A stretch of DNA of 64,000 bases from Mobula birostris (lineage: Eukaryota): NCBI RefSeq assembly GCF_030028105.1, contig NC_092391.1:4995223-5059222 (forward strand). Reading direction: 5' to 3'. Position numbers and translations under genes: made by a program. Under the pieces are notes generated by a model, which saw only the letters and a list, made by a program, of their open reading frames with translations, ran no database searches and was not told the origin of the DNA. This document shows, in pieces, positions 1-13,130 of the stretch (its first letter is position 1; every line of letters begins with the position of its first letter).

Positions 1-597
1 GCATGAGAGAGGAGTTGGCTAGAATTGATTGGGAAAAAAACACTGGCAGGGATGACGGCACAGCAGAAATGGCTGGAATTTCTAGAAGCAATTCGGAAGG
101 CACAGGATATACACATCCCAAAGAAGAAGACGCATTCTAGAGGAAAGATAGCACAACTGTGGCTAACAAGAGAAATCAAAGCCAGAGGATTGGGAAGCTT
201 TTAAAAACCACCAGAAAGCAACTAAAAACTTATTAGGAGGGTAAAGATGGAATACAAAGGTAAACTAGCTAATAATATTAAAGAGGTACCAAAAAGCTTT
301 TGGATCAGTGCAATTTGGTTAAAAGCACATTTTTCATTTTGCCAAGAAAGTGGTCTATTTCCTAGGGTCGAAATGTCTAATATCAGAGGTCATGTATTTA
401 AGGTGAGAGGTGGTAATTTCAAAGGAGATGTGAGGGGCAGGTTTTTTTTTAATACAGAGTGGTGGGTACCTGGAATGTGCTGCCTGGGGTGGTGGTAGAG
501 GCAGATGCATTAAGGACTTCTAAGAGAAGCTTAGCTAGGCACATGAATATGAGGAACATGGAAGGGTATAGATATTGTGCAGACATAGTGGATTAGT
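1..597 (+). mobile_element. CR1-clade LINE fragments (ORF2 middle plus 3' end)
   Basis: EYKGKLANNIKE and LFPRVEMSNIRGHVFKVRGGNFKGDVRGRFF resemble CR1 ORF2; similar to other CR1 copies in the window. Confidence 0.75.
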
Positions 598-1405
598 TTA
601 GTTGACCATTTGATTGTTAATTTGGTTCAGCACAACATTGAGGCCTGAAGGGACTGTTCCTGTGCTGTACTGTTGTATTTCAGTTTGTTTCCTTGCTTTT
701 CCTTGCGACCTCCCAGTCAAGTGAACTAAGAATTTCTCATTTCTTTTGTTGCGATTTATCTTGGCCATCTCCCTCTCTCTACCTTTCTGCATTGCCCCAT
801 CACCACTGTGCCTAAGATATTTGAAGATTTCATTTATAATGCTGCAAATGCCAAAAGCTAAAAATAATCAGTGTTAATAGCAAAGTTAAGAATCATTTAA
901 CATCCTTGTCAAAGTATTGACTGTTCAGTGGATACATCTTAGGAAATGTCAAAGCTGCTTTATCTTGTATTCCCAGTGAAACTAAATCTTGATTTGTACC
1001 TGGCAAATGTTGCCTGGCACCTAAAGATAAGGCTAATGACTTTTATATCTTTTGGAATGCATTTTGAATTTGATTTCTTTCCTAAGCATGGAAGAAAATA
1101 GAAATATTATTATGAGCCTCAGAATTCTTTTTCTTCAATGTAAAATAAGAAATACAGTAATGGAAAAACATTGCATTGACTATATGAGAGGGATTGTTGT
1201 CAATTTACTTTTGGTCTCAGGCTGCTGTTCTTTGTGTGTGGATTTGAATGTCTTGTTGCTGCTGAGCTGCCTGTGAGTGACAGATCGTGAGGCCTGTCAC
1301 CTACAGCTTGCTGCTGTCAAAGGTCTTTCAAAGAACTTTAAATGTTTTGGTCAGAGAAAATTCAATGCAGTTAAAGAGAACCAAAAAAATCCTTGCATCT
1401 ATTTA

Positions 1406-1650
1406 AGCACAAACGAGAAAATCTGCAGATGCTGGAAATCCAAGCAACATACACAAAATGCTGAAGGAACTCAGCAGACCAGGTAGCATCTATGGAAAAG
1501 AGTACAGTTGATGTTTCAGACCGAGACCCTTCAGCAGGACTGGAGAAGGAAAGACGGAGTAGAGTTAAAAAGTATGGGAAGAGGTAGGAGAAACACAAGG
1601 TGATGGGTGAAACTGGCTGGGAGAGGGGTGAAGTGAAGAGCTGGGAAGTT
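1406..1650 (-). mobile_element. Penelope-like element terminal (pLTR) fragment with degenerate hammerhead
   Basis: Same family as the GIY-YIG-bearing copies; minus strand reads CAGTC-CTGCTGA-A-GGGTCTCGGTCT-GAAACATC-AACTG (1505-1542). Confidence 0.75.
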
Positions 1651-2118
1651 CATTTTCATTGTAACATTAAAGATAATTGGTGATGCCTTAATTCTTTGTA
1701 GTTTCTAACTTGCTGAAGTAGTGAAATCATTTCAGTTTCACTCCTGGCTGTTTCTAGCATTTCCAAGCTTGAATCTGCAGTGAGCACAACAGTTCTGAAT
1801 GATCTTGCTGCTTATTTCTCATCAGCTATCAGTGACTTAAAAGAATCAGTGACTTTTGAACATAAATATCTGCAACTGACACTATTTAAAAACTTTGCTG
1901 TAACCACGGTGTAGTGTCTTAACAGCCACACAGGTGCACACGACTGATGCTGGTTAGAAACTGATTGGCAAATCTCCAGTCCCAACTAAGTGGCATAGTG
2001 TCCCAAATAAGTGAAGGGAGTCCTGGCTATTTTCTCGATTAGTTATTCTTTAAGAGTTTTCTCAAATAAATGGCTGTCCTGATTAACCAATGGCCCAATT
2101 AACTGGAATCCACTCTGT
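1650..2118. mobile_element. Tigger/pogo-like non-autonomous DNA transposon, partial
   Basis: Homologous to 5688-6498; ends in TIR-like ccaattaactggaatccac. Confidence 0.65.
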
Positions 2119-2690
2119 TAGTTAATTGAAGCATTAAGTAAAATTAAGACAAACGCAACACTTGTTAACCTTGATTGAAAGTGAAGGTAACTCTGTTCAA
2201 GTAAGCAAGCTACATGTGTCTGCCATGTAGCCTGTTACAGTCACAGCGCCAGTTACAGCATCATAGAGCTTGTCTGAAGTACTGACTGTTCATCCCTCTC
2301 CATAGAAGCTGTCTGACCTGGTGAGACCCTCCAGCATTTTGTGTGTGTTTCTCTCTCCCACCATCTGTGGCCATGAATTTCACTGATACACCACTCTCTG
2401 GCTAAAGAAATTCCTCCTCATCTCTGTTATAAAGGGATGTCTCTCTATTCTGAGGCTGTGCCCTCTCTAAGCAGAGGTTCCCACTGTTTTTATGGCACTT
2501 ACCATACTGTTGAGCAAGGGGTCTGTGGAACCCAAGGTGGGAACCCTCATCTTCGAGGAAAGACGTGAATACTGAGAGCAAGCATAGACTTGCCAGGCTG
2601 CATAGCCGCCTCCTGTGTAACAAGGAGATGTGAAGTGTTAAAGTTGCATTCATGAGATATTAAAACGTTCTTTTGGATTTTGTTTGACAG

Positions 2691-2801
2691 TGCAGTCCCC
2701 AAAGATAAAGATAAGCAGTGCTTCAAACTCCGACAGGGAGTGGAGAAGAAGATTGTAATATATGTTCAGCAGGTGTCCAACAAGGAGCTCATCATTGAAA
2801 G
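2691..2801 (+). CDS. RABGAP1: RABGAP1 internal coding exon (111 nt, phase 2-2)
   Basis: tttgacAG acceptor, GTacta donor. Translates (S)AVPKDKDKQCFKLRQGVEKKIVIYVQQVSNKELIIE(R), matching the vertebrate RABGAP1 sequence as I recall it; frame continues into the next exon. Confidence 0.95.
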
Positions 2802-4670
2802 GTACTAAGCTGTTAATGCAAATTTTTATTTTAATAAAATAGTTATGTTCAGCTATAATTAACTTGTGGAATTGTTCTGCTTCTAAGAGTACTTCCTGTT
2901 GTTCTGGTTTTGGCATGGTGGTGTGCATTTAAATCTGTTAAGGTGATAGCTGATATCTGAACTCTATTATCAAAGTATGTATACTATATGCAACCTTGAA
3001 ATTCATCTCCTTGCAGGCAGCCACAAAACAAAGAAACCAATAGATAATCCCCATTAGAAAGAAGACCGTCAAATACAAGATGTGCAGGGAAAAAAAATTG
3101 TGCAAGCAATAATAATAAGCAAATAATATTCAGAACTGAAGGTAACGGAAGTGAGTCCACAGCCATGAAGCCAGTCACAACCGATGCAGGGGGCTGTTAT
3201 TGCAGACCACAACCTTAATTCAGTGCAGACAAGTAAACCTTACTGAATAGCAAGCCTGACGCCATCCTGTCCCTCTACTCCGGCCTTGACACCCTTACCT
3301 TTTCATTCTGATCTAGCGCTTAAATCGGCTGAACAGCAAATTGCTCCTTACTCTCGGACCTGGGCCCTGCTGCCTTGATATGCTTTTGGGCCCAGGAGCT
3401 GCCAGCTTGATTTGGCCTGTACCTGCCCTTTGCAAGCTGGCCTGGCACTTAATTTGGTCAAACACTGGCTTCTTCCCCACTCTTGGGCATAGTCCCAGCT
3501 GCCTCAGTTTGCTTCACTTCGGTTCTCTGCTTTGAGTTGGCTCCAAATCCACTGCACAATGGCCAAACATTGGCTTGTTTCTCTATCTCTTCGACCCAAG
3601 CCCCGCTGCCTCGATCTGGCCCATACATACCACATTGCATCTATACCCTCATACTTGTGAGAATTATTTCTTGTTTGTGGTGTTGGAATAAAACTCCCAT
3701 TTGATTCTTTGTGAGATTTGGTACAATTGATCTTTTAGAATTGGGATCTAGACAATTTTCTTGTACTCTTGAGCAGCATTTTTACTGGCACCAGTGAGAG
3801 AATATAAGCCAGTCTGATTTGCGTTGAGAGCTTTGCACAGCAAACTTCTCTCAGGATAGGTCCTACTTTGGCCTTGTCAAAATTAAAATTAAATTGTGTT
3901 CCAAGAGAAGAATATAGAATTTCACCCCAAATCTATGTCTAATACCTAAACTTTTTCTTTAACTGTAAAATGCCATTTCGCAAAAGAATTACCTCTGGGC
4001 TTCTCATTAACTCCTGCATAGTGTTGTACCATACCAGTTGTCTTGGTAATGCTGCATCTGACCTGTTTTATTTCACTTTTCTCTGACACACAGACTTTTA
4101 AAGTTAAACATAAGTTAAGAAAAGAACATCTGGAACAAAGAAGAAGCCTGTCAATAATGAGGAAAACAGGATTCTTTAGATCTATTAAGCTACATTTACC
4201 TTTTCCCAATATTGATCTGTAAATGATTTCCACTTTGTTCCGAAGTTGGATGTTGGAACAGAAGTCTAGGGGGCAGTGTAGTACTATGGGAACATTTGTT
4301 GAGTGGTTGGTTTATTAGTTTCAGCTTACTATTCTGCAGTACGTCCTAATAATTTGCAGAGATCCAGTGATTTTGTTACTGGAACCTTTAGCGCAACAAT
4401 TGACCTTGCTTTCTTGTACCAACAAATACCTCCCACGTGCGTGTCCTCATTAAATCTTTCCAAACTTTTTTCCCCTTTGTATTGCACATTGAAACTCTTT
4501 AGTTATTTCCCTTGAGACTTGATATCGTTTTGTGGAAATCCTCATAGTTTTCGTTAAACTTTTCTCATCATTCCCCGTTGTACCCAAATACCACTCTTAT
4601 ATTTAAGTCTTATTACCATTGTTATCTTCTCAAAATATTTCATGCTCTTTTTAGATTCCTATACTACATT

Positions 4671-5580
4671 AGGGTGATGGGGTGGAGATGCATCTCTACC
4701 AAAGGGGGTGTAAGGCAAGCCTACAGGTCACCTTGGGCAAGGTGTAGCACCTGCTTAGCCCTCCGACCAGGGTCACGTGAAGCCATGTGATCAGGTGGTG
4801 GATGGTCGTATGAGCAGCTGGTGCATATCACAAGTCCTGGTTCTGTGACCACTGACTCCAGGCAGGCAGTCTCTGAAGAGTACAGATTTCCCCCGCTATC
4901 TGAAGGTAGAGCGTTCCTATGAAACCGTAAGCTGAAATGGTGTAAAGCGAAGAAGCAATTACCATTAATTTATATGGGAAAAATTTTTGAGTGTTCCCAG
5001 ACCCAAAATATAACCTACCAAATCATACCAAATAACACACAAAACCTAAAGTAACACTAACATGCGGTAAAAGCAGGAATGATATGATAAATACACAGCT
5101 TATATAAAGTAGAAATAATTATGTACAGTGTAGTTTCACTTAACAGAATCAGGAAGATTGAGCCAAAACAGATTTGTAGAAAAAAAATCGGCACATACAC
5201 GCATACACACGTCACGCACGCGCACGTACACGCATGCGCACACACCTGCCCGAGCAAGGCTTCATGGTCATGGTAGTCTTTCTCAGGGTAAACACAAGTT
5301 TAAAGCGGGCATCTTTTCTCGTAAAAGCGAAAGTCCTCTTTCGGTTAGTGAAAACAGGTACTAATGTAGGTCTTTTGTAAAAGCGAAATGTCATAAAGTG
5401 AACGTTCGAAAGCGGGAGAACACCTGTATTGATAGTGCCTAGGGCCACCCTTCTTGTAAGGACACTCCCCAGAAGAAGGCAATGACAAACCACTTTTGTA
5501 GAACAATTGCCAAGAACAATCATGGTCGTGGAAAGACTATGATCATCTGCATCATATGACATGGCACATAATGAATGAAC
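4671..5580 (+). mobile_element. RTE-tailed SINE-like element, interrupted by a MITE
   Basis: Same family as 33741, 44915, 48541 and 54072; contains the gaagaaggcaatg(g/a)caaaccac motif and a ...ggcacataatgaatgaa tail; split at TA by 4883-5426. Confidence 0.7.
4883..5426. mobile_element. Tigger/pogo-type MITE with TA target duplication
   Basis: TA|cagatttcccccgct ... agcgggagaacacctg|TA imperfect TIRs; removing it restores the host sequence ctctgaagagTAttgat seen in other copies. Confidence 0.8.
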
Positions 5581-5687
5581 ACAGCATTACTGTCAGGTTC
5601 TTTGCTTTCCTATGGCAGCTTTGTAATAATTTTCACCACACTTTCAAATTCTTATTACATCTGAGGAGTTTAAAATTTTACTGAACT

Positions 5688-6498
5688 CAGTGGATTCCGG
5701 TTAATTGGACCGTATCGGGACTGGTTCATTTTGGCCCAATTAAGCGGCTGCTTCATTTAAGCTGAGGTTTCATGAAAATTGTTAAAAAGTTACAAAAAGA
5801 CAAACTACCATTTAACTGAGTAACAACTTATGTATTTAAAAGAAAAATGAGCAAATTAGAACACTATCAATACTACTTACAGTACTATAAAACTGTATTA
5901 GTTATGGACAGAGGAATTCATCCAGTGAACACTAATGTGCTTTTTTCTGATTGACTGTAAATGAACAAAATCAGTGTAGACAATGTAGATAATGGACTGC
6001 CTTCATACAATGTTTTCGACAATTGCATCCTCCAAGTCATCTTTTTCATTGTAACATTGAAGATGCTTGTTGGTACCTTAATTCTTCATAGTACCTAACT
6101 TGCTGAAGTAGTGAAATCATTTAATTTTCACTCCCGACCATTTCTGGCATCTCCAATCTGAATGCTTGAAAACACAGTGAACAAAACAGTTCAGAATTGT
6201 CTAACTGCTTATTTCTCACAAACTATCAGTAGCAAAATCACTGCTTTTCGAACACAAAACGCATGCAACTGACGCTATTTAAAAACTGTTCACTCTAATC
6301 ACTCTGTAATGTCTAATGGCCATGCAAGTGCATGTGACTGACAGAAGTTGTTTGGCAACAGTCTCCTATCCTAATTAAGTAGTATAGTGTCCCAAATAAA
6401 CAAAGAAAATTTTGGCTATTTTCTCAATTTTTGTTGTTTAAGAGTTGGCCAAATAAGCAACTGGCCTGATTGATGGCACAATTAACCAGAATCTATTG
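5688..6498. mobile_element. Tigger/pogo-like non-autonomous DNA transposon
   Basis: TIRs cagtggattccggttaattgg / caattaaccagaatctattg followed by TA; further copies at about 1650, 16670 and 59528. Confidence 0.75.
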
Positions 6499-6670
6499 TA
6501 TTTCATTCATTTTATGAAAAGTTGACAGCAAGTGTGCATTTATTCATGTGAAAATTGTTCTATTGAATTGTACAGTATTACATTGCAAGTAAATATTAGT
6601 GGACTAGTAGTTAATATTATTTAATCTATCCATAATTGTGTTAACATTTCTAGTTGTGTTCTTTCTTAAG

Positions 6671-6737
6671 GTGTTTCGGCCTTCTTCTCAGTCCAGGCAA
6701 AGATGTCCGCAACAGTGACATGCATCTGTTGGATTTG
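6671..6737 (+). CDS. RABGAP1: RABGAP1 internal coding exon (67 nt, phase 2-0)
   Basis: ctttcttaAG acceptor, GTaaga donor; (R)CFGLLLSPGKDVRNSDMHLLDL. GKDVRNSD fits RABGAP1 rather than RABGAP1L. Confidence 0.96.
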
Positions 6738-7400
6738 GTAAGACTTTGGCTCAATAAGCAGCTCCCTTTTTGTTTAGCTTTTCTCCTTACAAAGCTAGAG
6801 TCTGCATAGTTTTAGTTGAAGAATGTTAAATTCATATTATCCAAATTATTCATGGTAAAGTGATGTAATATGTATTTCCTTCCATTTTTAGTCTTTGGGA
6901 GAGTCAAGGGTTATGGGAACTAGAACACAGAAACATAGAAAAGGACAGCACAGTACAGGGCCTTCAACTCGTGATATTCAGCCAATCTTTTGACCTACTC
7001 TACAAGCAATCTAACCCTTCCCTCCCACATAACTCCCCAATTTTTTTTTTCTTTTATCCATGTGCTTATCTAAGAGTCTCTTAAATGTTCCTCATGTATC
7101 TGCATCTACCACCACTCCTGGCAGGGCGTTCCGTGCACCCACCACTCTTTTGTTTAAAAAAAACAACTTGCCTCTGATACCTTAAGGTGTCCTCCAAACA
7201 CCTTAAATTATGCTCCCTTGTATTAGCCATTTGCTCCCTGGGAAAGCATCTCTGACTGTCCACTCGTTCTGCCCCTCTTATCTTGTACACCTCTGTGACG
7301 AGTCCTCTCATCCTCATTCGCTGGTACATAAAAAAAATATGGAATTGCTGCAACATCAGGTATCTGGGACTCTTGCCTTTTATCAGTATGAGTAGAAAGT

Positions 7401-7968
7401 CTGAGCAACACAGACACAATCCTGGAGGAACTCAGTAGGTCAGGCAGCCCCATCATCGGGACTGGAAAGGAAGGGGAAGATGCCAGGATAAGGTGGGGGG
7501 GTGGTAGAGAGTACAAGCTAGAAGGTGATGGGTGAAGCCACGTGTTTGGGGGAGGGGAGATGAAGTCAGAAGCTGGGTGGTGATAGATGGAAAAGGTAAA
7601 GGGCTGGAGAAGGAAGGAATCTGATAGAGGATGGTGAACCATGGGAGAAAAGGAAGGAGGAGGCGTACCAGGGGAGGTGACAGGCGAGTGAGCAGAGCTA
7701 AGAGGCCAGAGTACATAATTGGGAAAGGGAGGGTGGAATACTGGAACAGCCATCAGGCTGGAGGCTACTACCCAGATGGAATATGAGGTGTTGCTTCATC
7801 ATCCTGAGAGTGGCTTCATCTTCACCGGCACGTTGAAATCGGAATGGGGATAGGAATTAAAGTGATTGACCACCCGAAGATCCATCTGTTTGTGGATGAC
7901 ACGGAGGTGCTCAGTAATGCAGTCTGCTAATCTATGTCAGCTCTCACCAATGTAGAGGAGACTGCATC
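7401..7968 (-). mobile_element. Penelope-like retroelement remnant with GIY-YIG endonuclease C-terminal half
   Basis: Manual minus-strand translation gives CSLLYIGES*HRLADCITEHLRVIHKQMDLRVVNHFNSYPHSD, then after a frameshift EATLRMMKQHLIFHLGSSLQPDG. This matches the YIG motif and the EH..HFN..L.P.G.N pattern of PLE endonucleases, followed by a pyrimidine-rich region and the pLTR. Confidence 0.85.
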
Positions 7969-8069
7969 ACTTCAGAGCTTGCATCCGGAGCTCCGTGCAG
8001 CCTCCCCCACCTACCTGTTTCACCTCTTTCCCCACCAATCTGTCTTTTGAGAGAGGACTGTGGCAGTAC

Positions 8070-9190
8070 TTAAGACCATTAGACCATTCAATCATGGCTG
8101 ATCCAATTCTTCCAGTCATCCCAACTCCCCTGCCCTCTCCCCATACCCTTTGATGCCCTGGCCAATTGAGAACCTATCTATCTCTGCCAAATGACTGAAC
8201 TCCACAGCCACTCATGGCAACAAATTCCACAGATTTACCACCCTCTGACTAAAGTAATTTCTGCACATCTCTGTTCTAAATGGATGTCCTTCAACCCTAA
8301 AGTTATGCAGTCTTGTCCTAGACTCCCCTACCATGGGAAATAACTTGGCCGTATCTAATCAGTTCAGGCCTTTTAACATTTGGAATGTTTCTATGAGATC
8401 CCCCCCGCCCCCCCCCCCCCCATTCTCCTGAACTCCAGGGAACATAGCCCAAGAGCTGCCAGACATTCCTCATATGGTAACCTTTTCATTCCTGGAATTA
8501 TTCTAGTGAATCTTCTCTGAACTCTCTCCTATGTCAAAATATCCTTCCTAAAATAAGGAGCCCAAAACTGCACACGATACTCCAAGTGTGGTCTCACGAG
8601 TGCCCTATAGAGCTTCAACATCACATCCCTGCTCTTATATTCTATACTTTTAGAAATGAATGGCAACATTGCATTTGCTTTCTTCACTACCAACTCAACC
8701 TGGAGGTTAACCTTTAGGGTATCCTGCACAAGGACTCACAAGTCCCTTTGCATCTCTTCATTTTGAATTCTCTCCCCATCTAAATCTGCCTATTTATTTC
8801 TGACACCAAAGTGCATGACCGTAAACTTTCCAGCATTGTATTTAATTTGCCTCTTCTTTGCCCAGCCCCCTAAACTATCTAAGTCTGTGTGCAGGCTCTC
8901 TGTTTCCTCAACACTACTTGCTCCTCCATCTATCTTTGTATCATCGACAAATTTAACCATGAATCCATTAATCCCATAGTCCAAATCATTGACATTCATC
9001 ATCAAAAGCAGCGGTCCTAACACCAACCCCTGTGGAACTCCACTAATAACCAGCAGCCAGCCAGAATAGGACCGCTTTATTCCCACTCACTGCTTTCTGC
9101 CGATCAACCAATGTTCCACCCATGCTAGTAACTTCCTTGTAATTCCATGGGCTCTTATCTTGCTAAGCAGCCTTCTGTGTGGTACTTGTC
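8070..9190 (-). mobile_element. CR1 LINE 3' portion (RT C-terminus plus 3' UTR)
   Basis: ORFs 8790..9086 (GVPQGLVLGP, KFVDDTK) and 8529..8729 (LYRALVRPHLEY). Confidence 0.9.
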
Positions 9191-9489
9191 AGCTCAGGAA
9201 ACTTAAGTTGTGGTGAGTTTTTTTTTCAATGGTTACTGCTGCACAGTGGAAAGTATAGTTAGACACTATCATTAGACCTACACCAATAAGGAACTCCAAA
9301 ATAGACATTGGTTTAACTGGCATAATTGATTAGCTGTCACTGGTCAGGTCTGACATAGGTTCATTAACAAAGCATTTCTAAATTTTGAGGAACTCTCTTG
9401 TGTAAATGTTGGGATGCAGAGAGATTTTTAAAGAAAATCCATAACTTGGGAATTCTGTGAAGCATTTTTTAAGTAAAGAAGAGTTGGTT

Positions 9490-10392
9490 TAATGTATAAC
9501 CTAAAAAGAATCGGTCCCAACACAGACCCCTGTGGAAAACCACTAGTCACTGGCAGCCAGCCAGCCAGTAAAGGCTCCCTTTATTCCCACTCTTTGCCTC
9601 CTGCCAATCAGCCACTGCTTTATCCATGCTAGAATCTTTCCATTAAATACCATGGGCTCATAGCTTGTTAAGAAGCCTCATGTGTAGCACCTTATCAAAG
9701 GCCTTCTGAAAATCCAAGTACACAACATCAACCGATTCTCCTTTGTCTGTCTTGCTTGTTATTTCTTCAAAGAATTCCAGCAGATTTGTCAGCAAGATTT
9801 TCCCTTGAGGAAACCATGCTGACTTCAGCTTTTTTTTTATCATGTGCCTCCAAATGCCCCAAAACTACATTCTTAGCAATCGATTGCAACATCTTCCCAA
9901 CCACAGAGATCAGACTTACTGTCCTGTAGTTTCCTTTCTTCTGCCTCCCTCCCTTCTTGAAGAGTGGAGTGACATTTTCCATTTTCCAGTCTTCCAGAAC
10001 CATTCCAGAATCTAGTGATTCTTGAAAGATCATTACGAATGTCTCCATGATCTCGTCAGGCACCTCTTTCAGAACTCTGGGGTGTACACCATCTGGTCCA
10101 GATGACCTGTCTACCTTAAGGCCTTTCAGTTTCCCAAGAATGTTCTCTCTATTTATGGTAACTTAACACACTTTGTGCCTCCGACACCTGGAACTTCCAC
10201 CATACTGCTAGTGTTTTCCACCATGAAGACTGATGCAAAATACTTATTCAGTTGGTCCGTCATTTCGTTGTCCCCCATTACTACCTCTCCAACATCGTTT
10301 TCCAGCGGTCCGATATCCACTCTCGCCTCACTTTTACACTTTATGTATCTGAAGAAACTTTTGGTATCCCCTTTAATATTATTGGCTAGCAT
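9490..10392 (-). mobile_element. CR1 LINE ORF2 internal fragment
   Basis: ORFs containing DVVYLDFQKAFDKV, VTPLFKKGGRQKKGNYR and KSFFRYIK. Confidence 0.9.
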
Positions 10393-10549
10393 ATCCAGTG
10401 CATTTTAGTCCAAACAGGTTGTTGATGATGAAGGTCATGCAAGTAATCTCAGCTTTTGACACTAAAGAACAAAATAAAGCTGACATCAGTGGCTTCATGA
10501 GAGGCCAATGTGGTGTACAACTGATGAACAAATTTTGGGCTGTGGTCAT

Positions 10550-11085
10550 AAGATCATAAGACATAGGAGCAGAATTAGGCCTTTCAGCCCATCAAGTCTG
10601 TTCCACAATTCACTCAAAGCTTATTTGTCATCTCTCTCAACCCCATTCCCTTGCCTTCTCCCTGTAATCTTTGATGCCCTTACTAGCGAAAAATTTATCA
10701 ACCTCCACTTTAGATGTACCCAATAGCTTGACCTTCACAACCATCTCTGGCAATTGATTCTACAGATCCAACACTCTCTGGCTAAAGAAATTCCCCCTCA
10801 TTTGTTACCTAAAGCAATATATTATTCTGAGACTGTGCCCTCTGGTCCTAGACTCTTCCACTATTGGAAACATCCTATTCACATCTATTCTATACCTTTC
10901 AATATTTGATAGATTTCAATGAAATCTCTCATTCTCTTGCATTCAGTCAGTACATGCCCAGAGCCATCAAATACTCTTGATAAATTAACCCAATAATCCT
11001 AGGATCATTCCTGTGAACCTCCTTTGGACACTCCAATGCCAGCACACCTTTTCGTAGATGAGACCCAAAACTGCCCACAATATCC
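10550..11085 (-). mobile_element. CR1 LINE 3' end
   Basis: cataagacataggagcagaattaggc terminus and ctggctaaagaaattcc motif shared with other CR1 copies. Confidence 0.8.
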
Positions 11086-11227
11086 AGTCTAACCTGGGAT
11101 GAAAGTGTCACATTTTGCTGTTAGGATATCCAGCAACCTCCTAGAAACAATGATGGGTAATGGCAAGGCTGTCTGTTCTGGTGATTTTGATTAAAGGATG
11201 AATGTGGAAAACTATGGATAGAATTCC

Positions 11228-11630
11228 TAAACACAGGAGATTCTGCAGACGCTGGAAATCTTGAGGAACACACTCAAGGTGCTGGAGGAACTCAGCATGT
11301 CAGGCTGGAAATGAATAAACAGTTGCTGAGATCCCCATCAGTACTGGAAGGGAAGAGGGAAGATGCCAGAATAAGAAGGTGGGGGAGGGAAGGAGTACAA
11401 GCTAGAAGATGATAGGTGGGTGTGAAAGGTTAAAGGGCTGCAGAAGGAATCTGATAGAAAAGGAGGGTGGACCATGGGAGAAAGGAAAAGAGGAGAGGTG
11501 CCAGTGGAGGTGATAGGCAGGCGAGGAGAAGAGGTAAGAGGCCATAGTGGGGAATAGAAGAAGAGGGAAGAGGAGGGGAGGAGAAAAATGAAAATAAAAA
11601 ATACTGTGAGGTGAAACCAATGTTCATGCT
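11228..11630 (-). mobile_element. Penelope-like element 3'/pLTR fragment
   Basis: gctggaggaactcagc family; ends near an MNIGF-coding segment equivalent to the MN(I/V)(D/E) end of the PLE ORF. Confidence 0.75.
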
Positions 11631-11984
11631 GCTAATATTCCTAATTCTTGCAGACAATGTCTTAACTGCAGAGAGTGAGACTTGTATGTTCTTTCTAAAT
11701 AGGAAGAGAGAGGTATTGAAGTCATCTGGATCAAAGGATAATCTGATTAACTAACTGACACCAGAAACAAATGATAGCTGGCAGACTGTCATTTAATAAT
11801 TTAACTAGTCATTAAGGAGAGAAATTTGGTTTCCATCAGATAATGGTACTTGACGCTTGCAATCTTGTTCTGCACAGTTAAGTATGAACAGCAAACTTGC
11901 TCTGGCCGAGGCCAGCTGTGCCCTTTGAACTGGTTTAAATGTAAAGCTTATAAAAATTTGAAAAATTAATTTCACATTGGGTTC

Positions 11985-12402
11985 AGAATCAGGTTTATTA
12001 TCACTGGCATATTTAGTGAGATTTGTTTTTTTTATAGTGGCAGTACATTGCAATACTTAATAAAAGCAATAAATTACAATGAGAAGTTAATACTACCTTA
12101 CTTTCCATTTTCCTATTTTCTATTTATGATTTATAATTTAAATTTTTAATATTTACTAATTTTTGCTATTTTTAATATTTAATATTTGTAATCCAGGGAG
12201 CGGGAAGCGCAGAATCAAATATCGCTGTGATGATTGTACGTTCTAGTATCAATTGTTTGGCGACAATGAAGTATAAAGTAAAGTAATATAAAAAATAAGT
12301 TAAGTAAGTAGTGCAGAAAGAGGGGGAATACTGAGGTTCTGTACAAAGGTTCATTGTCCATTCAGAAATCTGATTGCACAGGCTGTTCTCAAAGCATTGA
12401 GT
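11985..12402 (-). mobile_element. Rex1/Babar-type LINE 3' tail, interrupted at about 12090-12285 by another AT-rich LINE tail
   Basis: agaatcaggtttattatcactggcat terminus and ttcattgtccattcagaaatctgat (IRFLNGQ*) as in ORF 22240..22542. Confidence 0.65.
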
Positions 12403-12699
12403 TAACAGTTTTCATGTGCTGAACTTTTCCAATTATAGTCCTTAATGCATACTTAATAAAGGAGGAAAACTTGCTTTATATAATTTATAAGCACAAGAGA
12501 TGCTGCAGGTGATGGAAATCTTGAGCAATACACACAAAATGCTGGAGGAACTCAATTCGATCAGGCAGATTTATGGAAGGGAATAAAGCTCGGTGTTTTG
12601 TGCTGAGACCCTTCAGGGCAGATAGAACACTGGCAGGCTGATGGAAACAAATGGGTATTTCTCTGGTTGACAAGATGTTTGGTACGGGAATTGCAAGGC

Positions 12700-13130
12700 A
12701 TCTGACCACAAGCCCCTACAAATGATTGTGAGTATTACTGAGAGGATCCCCAGGGTCTCTCTTCCACCCATTAGAGATATTTATCAGGAGCGCTGTATAT
12801 GCAGAGCCCTTAGCACTGTCAGTGATTCCTCCATCCGTCCAACAATCTCTTTGAACTCCTACCATCAGGCAAGAGGTGTCATAGCATTAGGACAAGAGCT
12901 GTTAGGATGGGAAACAGCTTCCTCCCCCAGCTTGTAAGACTGCTGAACTCCCTGCCACCACCCACATCTCATCATGCACGAAGCACCAGTATTGTTAACT
13001 TGTCATAAATGCATTTATTAGTTGTTAATTTATTTGTGGTAATATTACTGTGTGTGAGTGATATGTGCTGTGTTGTGCACCTTGTTCTGGAGGAATGTTG
13101 TCTTGTTTGGTGGTATGTGTACGGTTGAAT
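12700..13130 (+). mobile_element. Rex1/Babar LINE C-terminal fragment
   Basis: ERIPRVSLPPIRDIYQERCICRALSTVSD resembles the Rex1 post-RT region. Confidence 0.7.
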